A stretch of DNA of 64,000 nt from Somniosus microcephalus (GCA_052327205.1 CM126202.1:373674001-373738000); one strand, 5' to 3'. Counted from the stretch's first letter, positions 1-12,137 are shown. Translations and numbers: made by a program. Notes: a model not told the origin generated them from the sequence alone.

Positions 1-2613
1 CACGGCATGATCGGCGTTTCTATATGACATCAGGAACTTATCGACCTTGTGTTGCAGCGGAATCTGATCATCATTCATGGCCTTAATAGCCTTTTTGAAT
101 GTCTGGACAAATCTTTCAGCCAACCCGTTTGTCGCCGGATGATGTGGGGCAGAGGTATAATGTTTAACTCCATTCTTCTTTAAGAATTGTTGGAATTCTT
201 CCGATACAAACTGTGGTCCGTTGTCCGAACAGATCTGTTCTGGCAATCCGTTCCTTGCGAATATTGTTCTTAACACCGCAATTGTCTTTTCTGAAGTAGT
301 GGTATTCATCTTGATGACTTCTGGCCATTTGGAATGTGCGTCCACCGCGATTAGGAACATGGAGTCCATGAATGGACCAGCAAAGTCAATGTGTACGCGT
401 TGCCATGGGGCTGAAGGCCATTCCCATGGGTGTAGCGGTGCTATCGGAGGTGCATTTTGCACTTTTTGACACCCAGCGCAGCTTTTCGTTAACTCCTCAA
501 TCTGTTGGTCAATACCCGGCCACCATACGTAAGCCCTAGCAAGACTTTTCATTTTAACTCCCCCCAGATGACCTTCATGTAGTTCTTTTAAAACTCTTTC
601 CCTTAACTTGGGAGGAATAATCACTCTTGTCCCGTACATCAAAGTAACATGGCAGACGGACAGCTGGTCTCGCCTTGCCGAGAATGCCGGTAACAGAGGA
701 TCACCCCGTGTTGGCCATCCTTTCACTGTCACCTCGTAGACTCTGGACAGTGTCGGGTCGTTCCTGGTTTCTCTTTCAATACTTGCATTGGTGACAGGTA
801 AACACTCGATAATGGTCGAATGAAATAACTCAACAGGGTCAACTTCTGTCGTGTCTTCATCTTCAGGTAGTGGCAGGCGCGACAGCCCATCAGCATTGCC
901 ATGCTGTTTCGTACCTTTGAATTCTATCTGATATTGATGTGCCCCTACGAAAAGAGACCATCTCTGGAGACGCTGTGCTGTCATCACCGAAACACCCTTC
1001 TTAGGGTTAAAAATGGACACCAACGGTTGATGGTCCGTCAGAAGTGTGAAGTTTTGGCCCTGTAGGTAATGATTAAACTTCTTCACTCCCCATACAAGGC
1101 TAAGGGCCTCCCTATCGATCTGCGCATAGTTGCGCTCAGCGGAGGTCAATGATCTGGATGCAAACGCGACTGGCCTTTCCATGCCATTTGGCAATTTATG
1201 TGAGAGTACTGCCCCAATACCATATGGAGAAGCATCACAAGCCAACCGAATAGGCAGTGTCGGGTTGAAGTGAGCCAACACTTCCTCTGAGGTGATCAAT
1301 TCTTTGCTTTTGCGAAATGCCTTCTTACAGTTTTCGCCCCAGTCCCATGGTACCCCTTTCTGTAAAAGAGCGTTCAACGGGTGCAGCACCGTGGATAGAT
1401 TTGGCAGAAATTTATGGTAGTAGTTAATTAATCCTAGAAACTACCTCAACTGAGAGACATTCTCCGGAGCGGGAGCCTTTACAACTGCCGCTATCTTGTC
1501 AGGAGACTTATGAAGCCCCTCCCGGTCAATGACATGACCACAGTACGAGATCCGCTTCTGGAAGAACTCACATTTCTGCCGATTTACTCTAAGTCCATAG
1601 TCTTTCAGTCTGTTGAGCACCAGTTCCAAGTTAGCGAGATGCTGTTCATCACCATCACCTGTGATCAGAATGTCGTCCAGGTAACATTGTGTGCCTGGAA
1701 TTCCCTGTAATACCTGCTCCATGGCCTTCTGCCAAATTGCTGGAGCCGATGCCACACCAAAAACCAGCCTATTGTACCGGTACAACCCTCGATGCGTGTT
1801 GATCGTGAGGTATTGGCGTGACTCTTCTTCAACCTCCATCTGCAAGTACGCCTGCGCCAGGTCTATCTTGGTGAAGTGTTTCCCGCCAGACAGTGAAGCG
1901 AAAATATCCTCAATCCGTGGAAGCGGATACTGCACCGTGTGAAGCACCGGATTAACGGTGATCTTGAAATCTCCACAGATGCGAACCTTCCCTGGATCTC
2001 CTGGCTTATTGTTCGCAGGACGTTTCATAACGGGAACAATGGGCGTAGCCCACTCACTCCAATCTACTTTAGACAGTACCCCTGAACGTTCTAGTGCTTC
2101 CAGCTCCGCTTCAACTGCAGGTCGTATTGCATAGGGTACAGGTCTGGCTTTAAAAAATTTTGGTTGTGCATGTTCATCAATCTTGATGTTTGCCGTAATT
2201 CCTCTCAGTGTTCCCAGTCCCGGCTGGAACACCTCTTTAGCCTCATCCAATATTCTGGACAATCGTTTAGGTTTGACAGCTGTTTCCCCGGAATGTACCG
2301 TTAGTGCTTTCAAGGAGTGCCAGTCCATATTCATTTTCCTAATCCACTCCCATCCTAGTAGTGGTGGACCTCCTTCAGGTAGCACATATAAGTCCATTAC
2401 TTGGCTTCCTTCGTCCTTGTGGACCACTTCTACCTCTATTTTTCCGATGGGGTACACTCTTTGCCCCGTGTACGTTTTCAATATAATCTCCGTATCCTGT
2501 AAGGGAATATGTTGGAATAACCTTCTGTAATCTTTCTTATTCATGACCGTCAATGCCGATCCAGTGTCCAATTCCATTTTTACTTGGACTCCTGCTATCT
2601 TAAGAGTGACCAA
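1..2613 (-). pseudogene. pol: Gypsy pol (protease, RT, RNase H, integrase) with an in-frame TAG at 1441-1443
   Basis: Motifs LDTGS (protease), RICGDFK and YLDDIL (RT). After LR* the frame continues FLGLINYY...ACDASPYGIGAVL...TDHQPL (RNase H) and HEGHLG...CAGCQ...WQRVHIDFAGP (integrase). Confidence 0.93.
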
Positions 2614-3459
2614 ATTGTCTGGAGGTCTGTATCCTTACCAACGTTGTGTATTCTTAAGCTATCCAGTTCATTACTGCTAGCGTCTGAATCTGACTTCTGT
2701 TCAGTCAAACTGTTCTTTGTCACCTTGTGTACCTTTGCATATTTTCCTTGCGGTGACTTTTTATTGCTGGTCTTCTTTCCTGACCGGCATACTTTAGCTA
2801 TGTGGCCAAACCTGCCACACGTTCTGCATTCTTGGTTTTTAAACCAACACTGGTTCTGATCGTGCGTTGTCTTTCCACAACGATAACATTTGACAGAACT
2901 CAAACCCAATTTGTTTGTACCGAGTTCCGGTGGCCGTAGCTGCATTACTGCCGTGCCTCTCGCTGCGGCCTCGTGTGCTGCTGCCATAGTGACCGCCTTC
3001 TCGAGAGACAGCTCATTCTCCTCGAGCAGTCGCTTTTGTGTATCCTGTTTAAATAAACCACACACAAATCTATCTCGAAGTGCCTCTGTCAGTCCCGTTC
3101 CAAACTGACAATATTTTGCTAGCTTACGTAATTCCATCAAATATTCAGCATTGCTTTCATTTTGCCGCCGTCTTCTATCGTAAAATTTAAATCGTTCCGC
3201 TAGCATCAGCGGCGTGGGGCTAAGATGATTTTTTTAGGACAGTAACAATCTGTTCGAACGTCTTATCCGCCGGTTCATCTGGTGATAACAGGTGTTTCAA
3301 TTGCCCGTATGTCTTCGCACCCATTAAGTTTAGTAATGTTAGTGCTTTACCTGTCTCAGGAATTTTATTTGCCTTACAATAGTTTTGTATGCGTTCTACA
3401 TACATAGCCAAGTCTTCTATATCACTGTCGAAGGCATTAATGTTCCCATGTTTAGGCAT
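2595..3459 (-). pseudogene. gag: Gypsy gag, frameshifted near 3230 and at the gag-pol junction near 2600
   Basis: ORFs 3220-3459 and 2595-3206 contain LAERFKFYDR, LRDRFVCGL, and knuckles CYRCGKTTHDQNQC and CRTCGRFGHIAKVC. Confidence 0.9.
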
Positions 3460-4014
3460 CGTAGCAATTTATCGTATTTTTAATGTTATCTAAGATGGCG
3501 GCTTCCCGCTCTTGCCGTCGTCCTCCGCCCACAAAATGGCGGTTTTCCCGCGCTTGGCGGTCTTCACCCGTCCCCCGACGCTGTCTCCGCTTCACCGCGG
3601 CTCTCGCGCCTTCAGTTTCCCCAGACGCTGCGCCTTTAGCCCGAATGCGGCCCTTATCTCCAGTCGCGATCGATGTCCCGCGCTGCGCCTCTCGCTCGAA
3701 AGCGGCCCGGCCCTTATCTCTGGTCGCGATCGACCTCACCGCACTTATTCCTCCGTCTTCCCAGCCCCGTCTGTACAGCCAACGTGGTTGACTTTCTGTC
3801 GCGTCGCTGCCCGGCTTACCCACCACGAGGTAGTAGAAGAAGCTGACAGTCGCTGATGGAGGCTTCGAGGTCAGGATGTCTTCTGCACTCCGGTTGCTCG
3901 ATGCCTGCCGCTCGACGTGTCTTCCCGTAGGTGATGAGGGTGGAAACCTCTCTTCGGCGTCCTGTCTGTGGACGAAGTCGCCGTGGAAATTACTGCAGCA
4001 GGGTAAGAATCGGA

Positions 4015-4024
4015 CTCGTCGCCA
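4015..4024 (-). promoter_or_regulatory. Primer-binding site, tRNA-Ser(GCT)-type
   Basis: TGGCGACGAG lies 1 nt after the LTR end on the minus strand and is complementary to the vertebrate tRNA-Ser(GCT) 3' end CTCGTCGCCA. Confidence 0.8.
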
Positions 4025-4025
4025 C

Positions 4026-4258
4026 TGTTAAGTCTGTGTGTTACAGTGAGAATTACTACACAGACCACAAGAGTAAATTCAACAGGTCTTTACTGGTTGG
4101 AGGTCGGACTATACTGAATACAATATTATTACACTGTGCTTATATACCGGTGTGGTCACCACCGGTATTACGTATACAGCAGCCAAAGAAAGTAGTACCT
4201 TTCTTAAGGTGGACCAGGCTTAAGTTCTCTTAAGGTGGAACAGGTTACATACACCACA
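4026..4258 (-). repeat. 5' LTR of the Gypsy element (233 bp)
   Basis: TGT...ACA termini, adjacent PBS, TATATAA on the minus strand near 4140, and homology to 6929-7165. Confidence 0.9.
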
Positions 4259-4475
4259 CCCTCCAAGTCACACACCATCCTGACTTACAAGTATATTGCC
4301 GTTCCTTCATCGTCGTTGGGTCAAAATCCTGGAACTCCCTATCTAACAGGACTGTGGGAGTACCTTCACCACACGGACTGCAGCGGTTCAAGAAGGCAGC
4401 TCACCACCACCTTCTCAAGGGCAACTAGGGATGGGCAATAAATGCTGGCCTTGCCAGCGATGCCCGGATCCCATA
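4259..4475 (+). mobile_element. 3' end of a CR1-clade LINE (family B), the target of the Gypsy insertion
   Basis: Same tail (GGGTCAAAATCC...CACCACCTTCTCAAGGGCAACTAGGGATGGGCAATAAATG) as 16440-16660. Confidence 0.8.
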
Positions 4476-5651
4476 AGCAAATAAAAAAGGAGCTTATTGA
4501 ATGGCAGAGCAGGCGCAAGGGGTTGTAAGGCCTACTCGTGCTCTTATTTTTGATGTTCTTAATAGCAGAAACACTTGCTGATTTCACTTTCCCTAGCTTC
4601 AGATCAATTATAATGAGTCAGCAGATCAGAGATCAAACTAGAAACCTGCCTGGACATTCCTTTAGTTCCAATAATATTGTGTGCCAAATGTAAAAAATGG
4701 CTCCACTAAATTAGTAAAGAGTTCAACTGGACTATTCCATTTCAGAATCTCTTGTACAAATGGATAAACTAACCTGAATTTCTCCTGAGGTATCACACCA
4801 CCAGATACCTTGCTGAGTAATTCCTACTCTGAAGCATCTGCAAATGTTGAACTATATCCAGGAATTATCTTATACTGAGCCACTTCCAAAGTGACACAAT
4901 AATATGAAACGTGACTCTTTCCTCTCTTCCTCTTTCACCTCTTGCTGCAAGTCCATTCCCCATACTTTATTTTGGACTCCAGATATTCTTTTGCCTGTTG
5001 TATCGCAAGTAGTATTTAAACATTTCTGAAGTTAGCTTTTTTCCTTCCAATATTTTCTCTATTAATAGTTCAGGTCTTGACTTGCTCTAGATTACTAGGC
5101 TATCCCTCAGTAAACAAACAGTGCACAGCACACTTACAAGCACTTATAGAATCATACCAATTAATCTCTCAGAAGGAGGCCATTGTGATAATTCCACTGC
5201 CAACTTTTGGAGCTATCTACTTTAATCCCATTTTCCTGCACTTAAGTGTTATGCTGCTGAGATTCCAAATCTTTTTCCCAATTATTTCTATCCTTAAATC
5301 CTTCAGTCTCAAATTTTCAGTCCCGATATACTTCAATTACTGAACGTCCTTTCCCCTTTTTACAACTGGGGTGTGTTCATTGTTTTATTTTTTGTATTTA
5401 ATCCTTGTCCTTGGTGATACATCCTGTACATTTCTTAGGTGTAGAATAGGACTAGATTCTGCAGGTTCGTAGCAGTGCTGTTCTCTGGAGTGTTCCACTT
5501 GCTTTCCCCTCTCTTTCTCACACAGCAGCCAAAGAAGTGAGAGGAAATCTTACTAAAGGCAAAATACAGCAGCTGCTGGAAATCTGAAATATAAACAGAA
5601 AATGCTGGAAATACTCAGCAGGTCAGGCAGCATCTGGGGAGAGAGAAACAG

Positions 5652-5690
5652 GGTTAACGTTTCAGGTCTGTGACCTTTCATCAGAATTGG
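5652..5690 (-). ncRNA. Minimal type I hammerhead ribozyme motif
   Basis: The minus strand reads CTGATGA-A-AGGTC-ACA-GACCT-GAAA-CGTT|AAC: catalytic core, 5-bp stem II and palindromic AACGTT stem III. Stem I is weakened in this copy. Confidence 0.7.
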
Positions 5691-6440
5691 AAACTGTTAC
5701 AGATGTAACAGGTTTTAAGCAAGTGCAGAGGTAGGGAAAAGTGGGAAGGGGAGGAAAAAACAAAAGGGAAAATCTGTGATAGGGTGGAAGGCAGGAGAGA
5801 TTAAAAGACAAAAGGGATGATAGTGCAAGGCAAAAAGGGGTGGTAATGGGACAAGACAAGTAAAGAAACAAAAGATGGATCTGGAGGAGCTGAAAATGGC
5901 AACAGCAGAATCATTACCAGCACCTGTTGTCTGAAAAAATGGGAGTAAACTTTGTATTTTTCTTGTCCCATTACCACCCCCTTCTGCCTTGCACTATCAT
6001 CCCTTTTGTCATTTAATCACTCCTGCCTTCCACCCTATCACAGACCTTCCCTTTTTTTCTTTCCTTCCCTCCCCACTTTCCCAGCCTCTGTATTTGCTTA
6101 AAACCTGTTACATCTGTAACATTTTCCAGCTTTGACAAAAGTTCACCAATCTGAAATGTTGGCTGCGATTTTGCTGACCTTGGTGGGTCCATGGCAGGCG
6201 ACGTCAGTGGTGGGTCCCGACCCTGCTGCTGACTCCATCCCACTGTCCAAAATAAACTTCCCTTGATTAGGCTTGTTTAGCCCACCCAGCGCGTTTCCTG
6301 GCCAATTAGAGGAAGCAGGCCTGGTGATGTCATTTGATGACGCGTCATCAGCCAGTTTCCTTAAAGGGACCATGTCCAAATGTATTTTGACAGTTGTGCT
6401 GTCTGTGTTCTACAGCATTGAGGTGCTGTAAACACTGACA

Positions 6441-6680
6441 ATGACTGCACAAAGGCACAGGGCTGCACCCAGGCAATCCCATGACTCCCTCTATATGCTT
6501 ATGGAGGGAGTCACAGCACGCAGGGAGGTCCTATTCCCTTCCTATGGGCAGAAGAGACATCCCCAGGAGATCAACACTGCCTGCTTGCACATTACAGAGG
6601 AGGGCACAAGCAGGGATGTGGTCAGGAGGGCATGGGTGCAGTGCCGCAAACCTTTCAATGATCTCAGTAGATCACGAAAC
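6441..6680 (+). pseudogene. Myb/SANT-like DNA-binding protein (Harbinger second ORF, NAIF1/MSANTD-like), degenerate
   Basis: RAAPRQSHDSLYMLMEGVTARREVLFP...RRAWVQCRKPFNDL matches the Myb_DNA-bind_5 pattern. Confidence 0.8.
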
Positions 6681-6928
6681 ATTAGTACAAAGCCACACTC
6701 AACCTCATCCTGCTGTGCCTCTCATCACATCCCCATCACTCTGCCTTCCCTACCCAACTCCTGCACAACCTTACTCACACCAACTTACATTGGACCTCCA
6801 CCCAACCCTCTCCATCTATATTATCACATCCCCATCTAACTAGCCACCCCTCACACTCACCCTCGTCCTAGTGCAATCATACCAACTAGCAACACACAAG
6901 GGTAAGCACTTGGGTGTTTTATACAGTG

Positions 6929-7165
6929 TGTTGAGTCTGTGTGTCCCAGTTATGCTTAGGATCAATCACTGGACACAGACAACAAGAATAACTTTTAACA
7001 GGTCTTTACTATTCGGAGGTCAGGGCTGAACTGCCCAGCAAATCCCTACACAACACTTATATACCGGTGTGGCCACCACCGGTATTACAGTATACAGCAG
7101 CCAAGAGAAAGTAGTACATCTCTTAAGGTAGTTCTCTTAAGGTGGAACAGGTTACATACACCACA
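6929..7165 (-). mobile_element. Solo LTR related to the Gypsy LTR at 4026-4258
   Basis: TGT...ACA ends and shared blocks (AACAGGTCTTTACT; TATACCGGTGTGG; CTTAAGGTGGAACAGGTTACATACACCACA). 5-bp TSD CAGTG/CAATG with one mismatch. Confidence 0.9.
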
Positions 7166-7419
7166 CAATGTCCATGTAAAGTTTCTGTTAATGTATTGTC
7201 AAACATTGAAACCTTTATTTTCAACACTTTGGGTTCTTGGACAGATCTGTGTGCACCTTTGGAAGTGGCTTAGTGAGTTGCAATGAATTGTGAGACATAA
7301 TGGTACCCCTGCAATGGTGAGGAGTGTGAAAGGAATGGCTTGGGCATTGTAGGGATGCTTTGTGGTGTTGGTGTGGGGTGGTGCCAACCTGGCACATCAT
7401 GTGGCAGCCAGGGTGTACA

Positions 7420-7620
7420 GCATCAAGTGAAGTAAATCTGGCCATGGTGAGGCCATCCCTGGCTTCCCGGGCAGCAATGTGATTGGTGCCCTGTGTCTTG
7501 TACAGCATCAGTTGATTGTGGAGAAGGTTGGTGTTGTTGTTGGTGCTGCTGGTGTGCCTGGTGCTGCTGGTGTTGGATTCTGATGACCAATGTGAGAGAG
7601 TGTAAAGGGCACCCATGCTG
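7420..7620 (-). pseudogene. Harbinger transposase remnant (Q/H-rich N-terminus joined to the C-terminal tip)
   Basis: QHQQHQAHQQHQQQHQPSPQ in one frame and AAREARDGLTMARF in another, resembling the ends of fish HARBI1-like transposases. The catalytic core is absent. Confidence 0.5.
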
Positions 7621-10229
7621 ATGGAATAGATGGCAGGTGAAGTTAAGATGACAGAAGCGATCTGTCAATGGTAAGAGAGGTAATGAGGTCCGACTGAATG
7701 GAGACTTGTGTAAAGACTTGCAGCATGGTGAATCTGTTGTGGAAATGCAGTGAGGAGCAGCTTGTGGCTGAGGAAAGATATCTCTAAGGTGGGTGCTTTT
7801 ACTGTACATTTGAAGCTGTCAACTTATCAGCTGATTCAATGGCCACTGACCTCCCGCCTCAACTTCACTGACGTGGTCTAGCAACAGCGTGAAACCCATG
7901 GGCGAGCTGCCAAAATCAAAAGGTAACTTTAAAACCATTGTTAAGTGGCTGTAAACAAGCCACTAATCATTTAAATTGCCTCCCCCGCCACTGCCTGCCA
8001 GGTCTGCTCATCGGGAAAGGCAAGTGTGTGTGATTTTGACAGCAGGTTCCTGACCCACTGTCAATCAATTCACATTTAACTGCCGACCCGCCACTGATCC
8101 CATCTGCTGAGCACCAGCAAAATTCTGGCCATTAACTCTGTTTCTATCTCCACAGATGCTGCTTGACTTGCTGAGAATTTACAGCATTTTCTGTTTGGCT
8201 GGAATTGGGAGTACTAATGGAGTGTCTGAACAATAGCCAGTGTGAGCTGCCTTGTGTCTCAAACCCAAGGCTGAAGTGTATATTAGCCAACTTGGAATCA
8301 AAATGCAACTGCTCAATTAGGATAATTTATCATCTATAAAAGACATTGAATTCTGCAAAGTTAGCATGTAATTCTGATGCCCTTTCTCAATACTAAATGC
8401 AGCATTGTTCAAATGATTTGAATTTTACCCGCAATAGCCATGTTTACATCGAGACACAAATAATTACTTTTCTAATTCTGAGCATTGGTTGATGTACTAG
8501 TTAAAATGCAGTTGACCAACAAACTGATCCTTTTGATATGCCAATGAGCAGGTCAGTAGTTAAGTAATGGATAGAATCTGCTTCAAAAATAACATCAGAT
8601 CATCTCACTTGAGGAGACAAGCATTATGATATTGAAAGAAACATCACCTAGTAGCAACACAGGCACTGACCTGCAATCAACTATTGACTCCTCTGTTGAT
8701 TACCTTGGCCAGAATACTTCAACAAATTTCTGAGATCTATAAGTATGCCAGATGTTTCTATTTGCTTTTCAGAATAATGAGGCAAGTCATATTAAGTCGA
8801 CTTAATTTAACGAGAAGCAATCTGATAAACTAAAATCCAATATTTAATGTGGCACATGTAAATCAGTTAGATAATGCGATAAGAGGATTGCTTCAAACTC
8901 GGACATACAGATTAAGCAACTTTTGGCATATTTATGTGAACAGACCCACTGAAAGCCCACACTGATCAAAGCAGAGAATTGCACTAGCATCCTGGTCCAC
9001 GGAACAGTGCAACTCCCCATGTCAGTCATGTTGCCAGGGAGGTACATAAGTAGAAGCCAGGCAGTTTTCAAATGGAGGAAGAAAGGAGAGTAAATTCAAC
9101 AATTGCATCATCAGATAAATCGCCCTAGGTCACCCACACATTCCATTGTCAAGGTCAAGAGTACAACTGGCAGAGAGCTGGGAACAGGTCACCTGCCCAA
9201 AATGTGGCTGATTAATTGGAGACTAGTATGTGAAGTGGTAATGGGGGAACAAAATGAGATTTAAATGGGGCGATGAATAGTTTAAATGCTGCAAGGCACA
9301 ACATACACAGGATTTTCTGTTTTATTATATTGTGACTTCAAGGACATTGCAGTGAACCAGGGGCCGAGACCAAATTTCAAAGGCCATCTCAAACAGGCAT
9401 TGACTGTAAATGTGTCCTAGAAACAATTAAGTGCCAGAAGCCTATTCTGTACAGGCTAAACATTCATCTACAAAAAGCAATTCCTAATGCTGCAAGTATA
9501 GAATATTGGACAATTCGACAGCTTTTCCCATTGATACTTTTTTATTTTTCTTAAATTATCGAACAATTTGGCAGTGCATTTTGAAAAAAAGCAAATTTTC
9601 ACAATATGAATGATGCTAAAGTTACTGGGTTGGAAGGAATCAGAAATAATTTGATTCATTATTTAATCTTAAAGGAAATTAGATATTGGATGCATTATGG
9701 GTACTCCAGCAAAACATTCACAAATAGCAATCATAATTTATTTGTGACCTTTATTTTGAGTATGTAGCCTAGTAGACTGTCATATCATTAACATTTCATG
9801 TCATTATATTACCCTTAGCCAAAGCGTATCATGACCCTTCTTCCTAATTAACATTTTTAACACTGTTGGTCCTTCCCTTCCACACACAAGTAGCTTGGGT
9901 TAACTGTAAATAATACAACTGCTGAACCATGTCTCAACAGTAGCTCAAAGGAATTGATCCAGTCCACAGTTCATTTTTTTTATATAAAAGGCTGCCTCAA
10001 ATGACACTGAAGACAGACTCTAGGCAGAATCAAAAGGACAAAGTCACATATTTCAAATAACATTGAATTTTCAAACTGTTTGACACATGCCCATCCTACT
10101 CCTCATATGGTCACAACCGTTACAAAATGAGCCAAGCTGGTTGGCTGCCCGACCCATCTTTTATACAAAACTGCACTGGATCCATGAACAATACAATTAT
10201 GTTTTTATACAAACTGATGAGAAAACAGC

Positions 10230-10850
10230 TCTAATGTAGTCACAGGTCAACCCTTGGTCTGGAGAAAGCCGAGCGGGTTGACTGTAGGAGTTCTCAAAGC
10301 AAGATGGGAGCCACCTATTACAGCTTAGACTTTGAGAATGTCAGCGACCCCATCAAACTGGGTGGCTCTATTTCTGTACTGCCTTGCTGTGAGGCCAAAG
10401 TTGAAGAATTTCCCAGTTTTCTTGTAAAGTGTACCAGTCTCCTGACGAATGCAAGCCTGCACTGCACCCTGGCTGATATTACAAAGGCCCCCTCTGGCTG
10501 CCTGAAATGAGCCTGTGCCATGAAAGTTCAGTCTGGTCACCTTCATAGCCAGAGAAAGAGAGCAATGTGGACAGGTGACCATGGCTGCAGGTCTTCATGC
10601 AGCTGGTGGCAGAGCTCTCTGTTGCCTCAATGGTGACCCAGACTCTTATAAGGATCCGAATGAGAAGATGTCTATAACACCTGCATTTCCTAGATATTAT
10701 TTTGAGAAAATTGGGGATAATATCTGGTGGGGTCCATCCTCCTTAAATGCTGCCTCACTCTCCTTTCCTCTATCCTCCCCTGATCTTTCACCTCCTCCAT
10801 GATAATGGCATGTGGTGAGATGCCCATAGGGAGTGCCATACCTGCTCCTG
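10230..10850 (-). pseudogene. Decayed HARBI1-like Harbinger DDE transposase
   Basis: LSLAMKVTRLNFHGTGSFQAARGGLCNISQGAVQACIRQETGTLY...FFNF followed by V*AVIGGSHLALRTP, a degenerate GAIDCTHVALRAP. Contains stops and frameshifts. Confidence 0.8.
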
Positions 10851-12137
10851 AGGAGCCCTCACTTTGGGTCAGTAGTCTGGGGCAAACTTTGCTGCTGGTT
10901 TGACAGGTTGTCAGAAGGCTGTATAGGAAAAATGCTCTCAAAAATTAATTCACAGCTGCAGTAATCATTCCTCAAAGTTTGGGCAATCTTCATTCTCAAA
11001 ACACCTCACTTCCACCTGGCGACAGCTGCTCCTTATGTTTCCCATTCTGACGTACCCCTAATGCACCGCGAGCGTAAAACCAAGAAAACTGGGCCAGCAG
11101 TGACTCCGGCCTTCAACGAGGTGGTCTTAAGACTCAGCGGGCAGAAAACAGAAAGGGCAAAATCACATTTGGAAAATTGGGAGAGGGATCAATTTTGAGG
11201 CAGAAAACTAGCAGAAATGGCTTTTACTCTATTTTGTTGCCCAAGAGAAAAAAACACAAATGCCCTGATTTTCAAAGAAAGAACAGCAAAAATGCTGTGG
11301 AATTTCAGGGCCAACATCTATAAGCTGGGGCTTTTGGTCAAAACAAGCCGAGCTCTCTTTTTTGTGACGGGACCTAGTTTTTAACCCCATGTGTACCATG
11401 ACAGCAAGAAAGCAGTATAGACAAAATGAGTAGCAGGTGAATTTCCACAGGTGTTCTCCTGATTGTTTGCCACAATAATTCATGGAAATCCTGGAGAAAT
11501 GGCATAAGTGGCATTTATCCAGTGTTTCACGGTTCTTCCATCAACATTACGGCAGATGATCGGGAGAGCACCCCATGCAAATACACTGTCTTCATTTTTG
11601 TCACAATCAAGTCCACCTGTGATGCATCTCACAGTCAAATATTATAAAGAATTTATTTCAAATATAAACACAATATCCAATAGTAATGGCTGACTGAATT
11701 AACCACTGAATGGATTCCTCATCCTTGGTCACTCAGCAGTTTATTTTTCAGTAAACCACGAAGTCTCCCCCATATATCCAGTTTATATTTACCATTTCCT
11801 TCCCACAGACTACACCTCAGACACTCACTTTAATTATTAATATCTCTTATGACCTGCCTACCATTAAGTGTGCCTATTTGATCTCGATTTTATTTCTGCC
11901 TGGAACTCTGCATGGTAATTTTAGCTATCCTAAGACACACCGGGATAAAGGTTGTCAAATTATTAGAATGCCTCCAAGACTGCTTGCTAGACCAGTACGT
12001 TTCTTGTTTAATGAAAGAAGCTTGGCTTGATTTGCTTCTGGGGAATGAAGTACAAAAAATAATTGTTGAATCATTATGAAATAGCATCCACACCATGGTA
12101 AGGTTTAATGTGAAAATCGTAAAGCATCGTGAGTAAA

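Larger units (their letters stand above)
1..4258 (-). mobile_element. Ty3/Gypsy LTR retrotransposon, Mag-like (K02A2.6-type); the 3' part runs off the window
   Basis: On the minus strand: 5' LTR (4258-4026), PBS, CpG-rich leader, gag with two CCHC knuckles, then PR-RT-RH-IN in Gypsy order. Confidence 0.95.
6161..8130. mobile_element. Internally deleted PIF/Harbinger-superfamily DNA transposon
   Basis: Imperfect TIRs GGCTGCGATTTTGC / GCAAAATTCTGGCC, with a Myb/SANT ORF on + and a transposase remnant on - in convergent orientation. Confidence 0.8.
5555..8197. mobile_element. Fold-back (palindromic) Penelope-derived element interrupted by a Harbinger element
   Basis: The left arm (~5590-5858) is the reverse complement of 5961-6160 plus 8131-8197. 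The arm begins GCTGGAAATCTGAAAT...GCTGGAAATACTCAGCAGGTCAGGCAGCATC, which I recognise as a shark Penelope-like terminus. Confidence 0.75.

Noticed and set aside
3452-3856. Overlapping Arg/Ala-rich ORFs of 100-124 aa
   Set aside because: By-product of the GC-rich Gypsy leader; no domain motifs.
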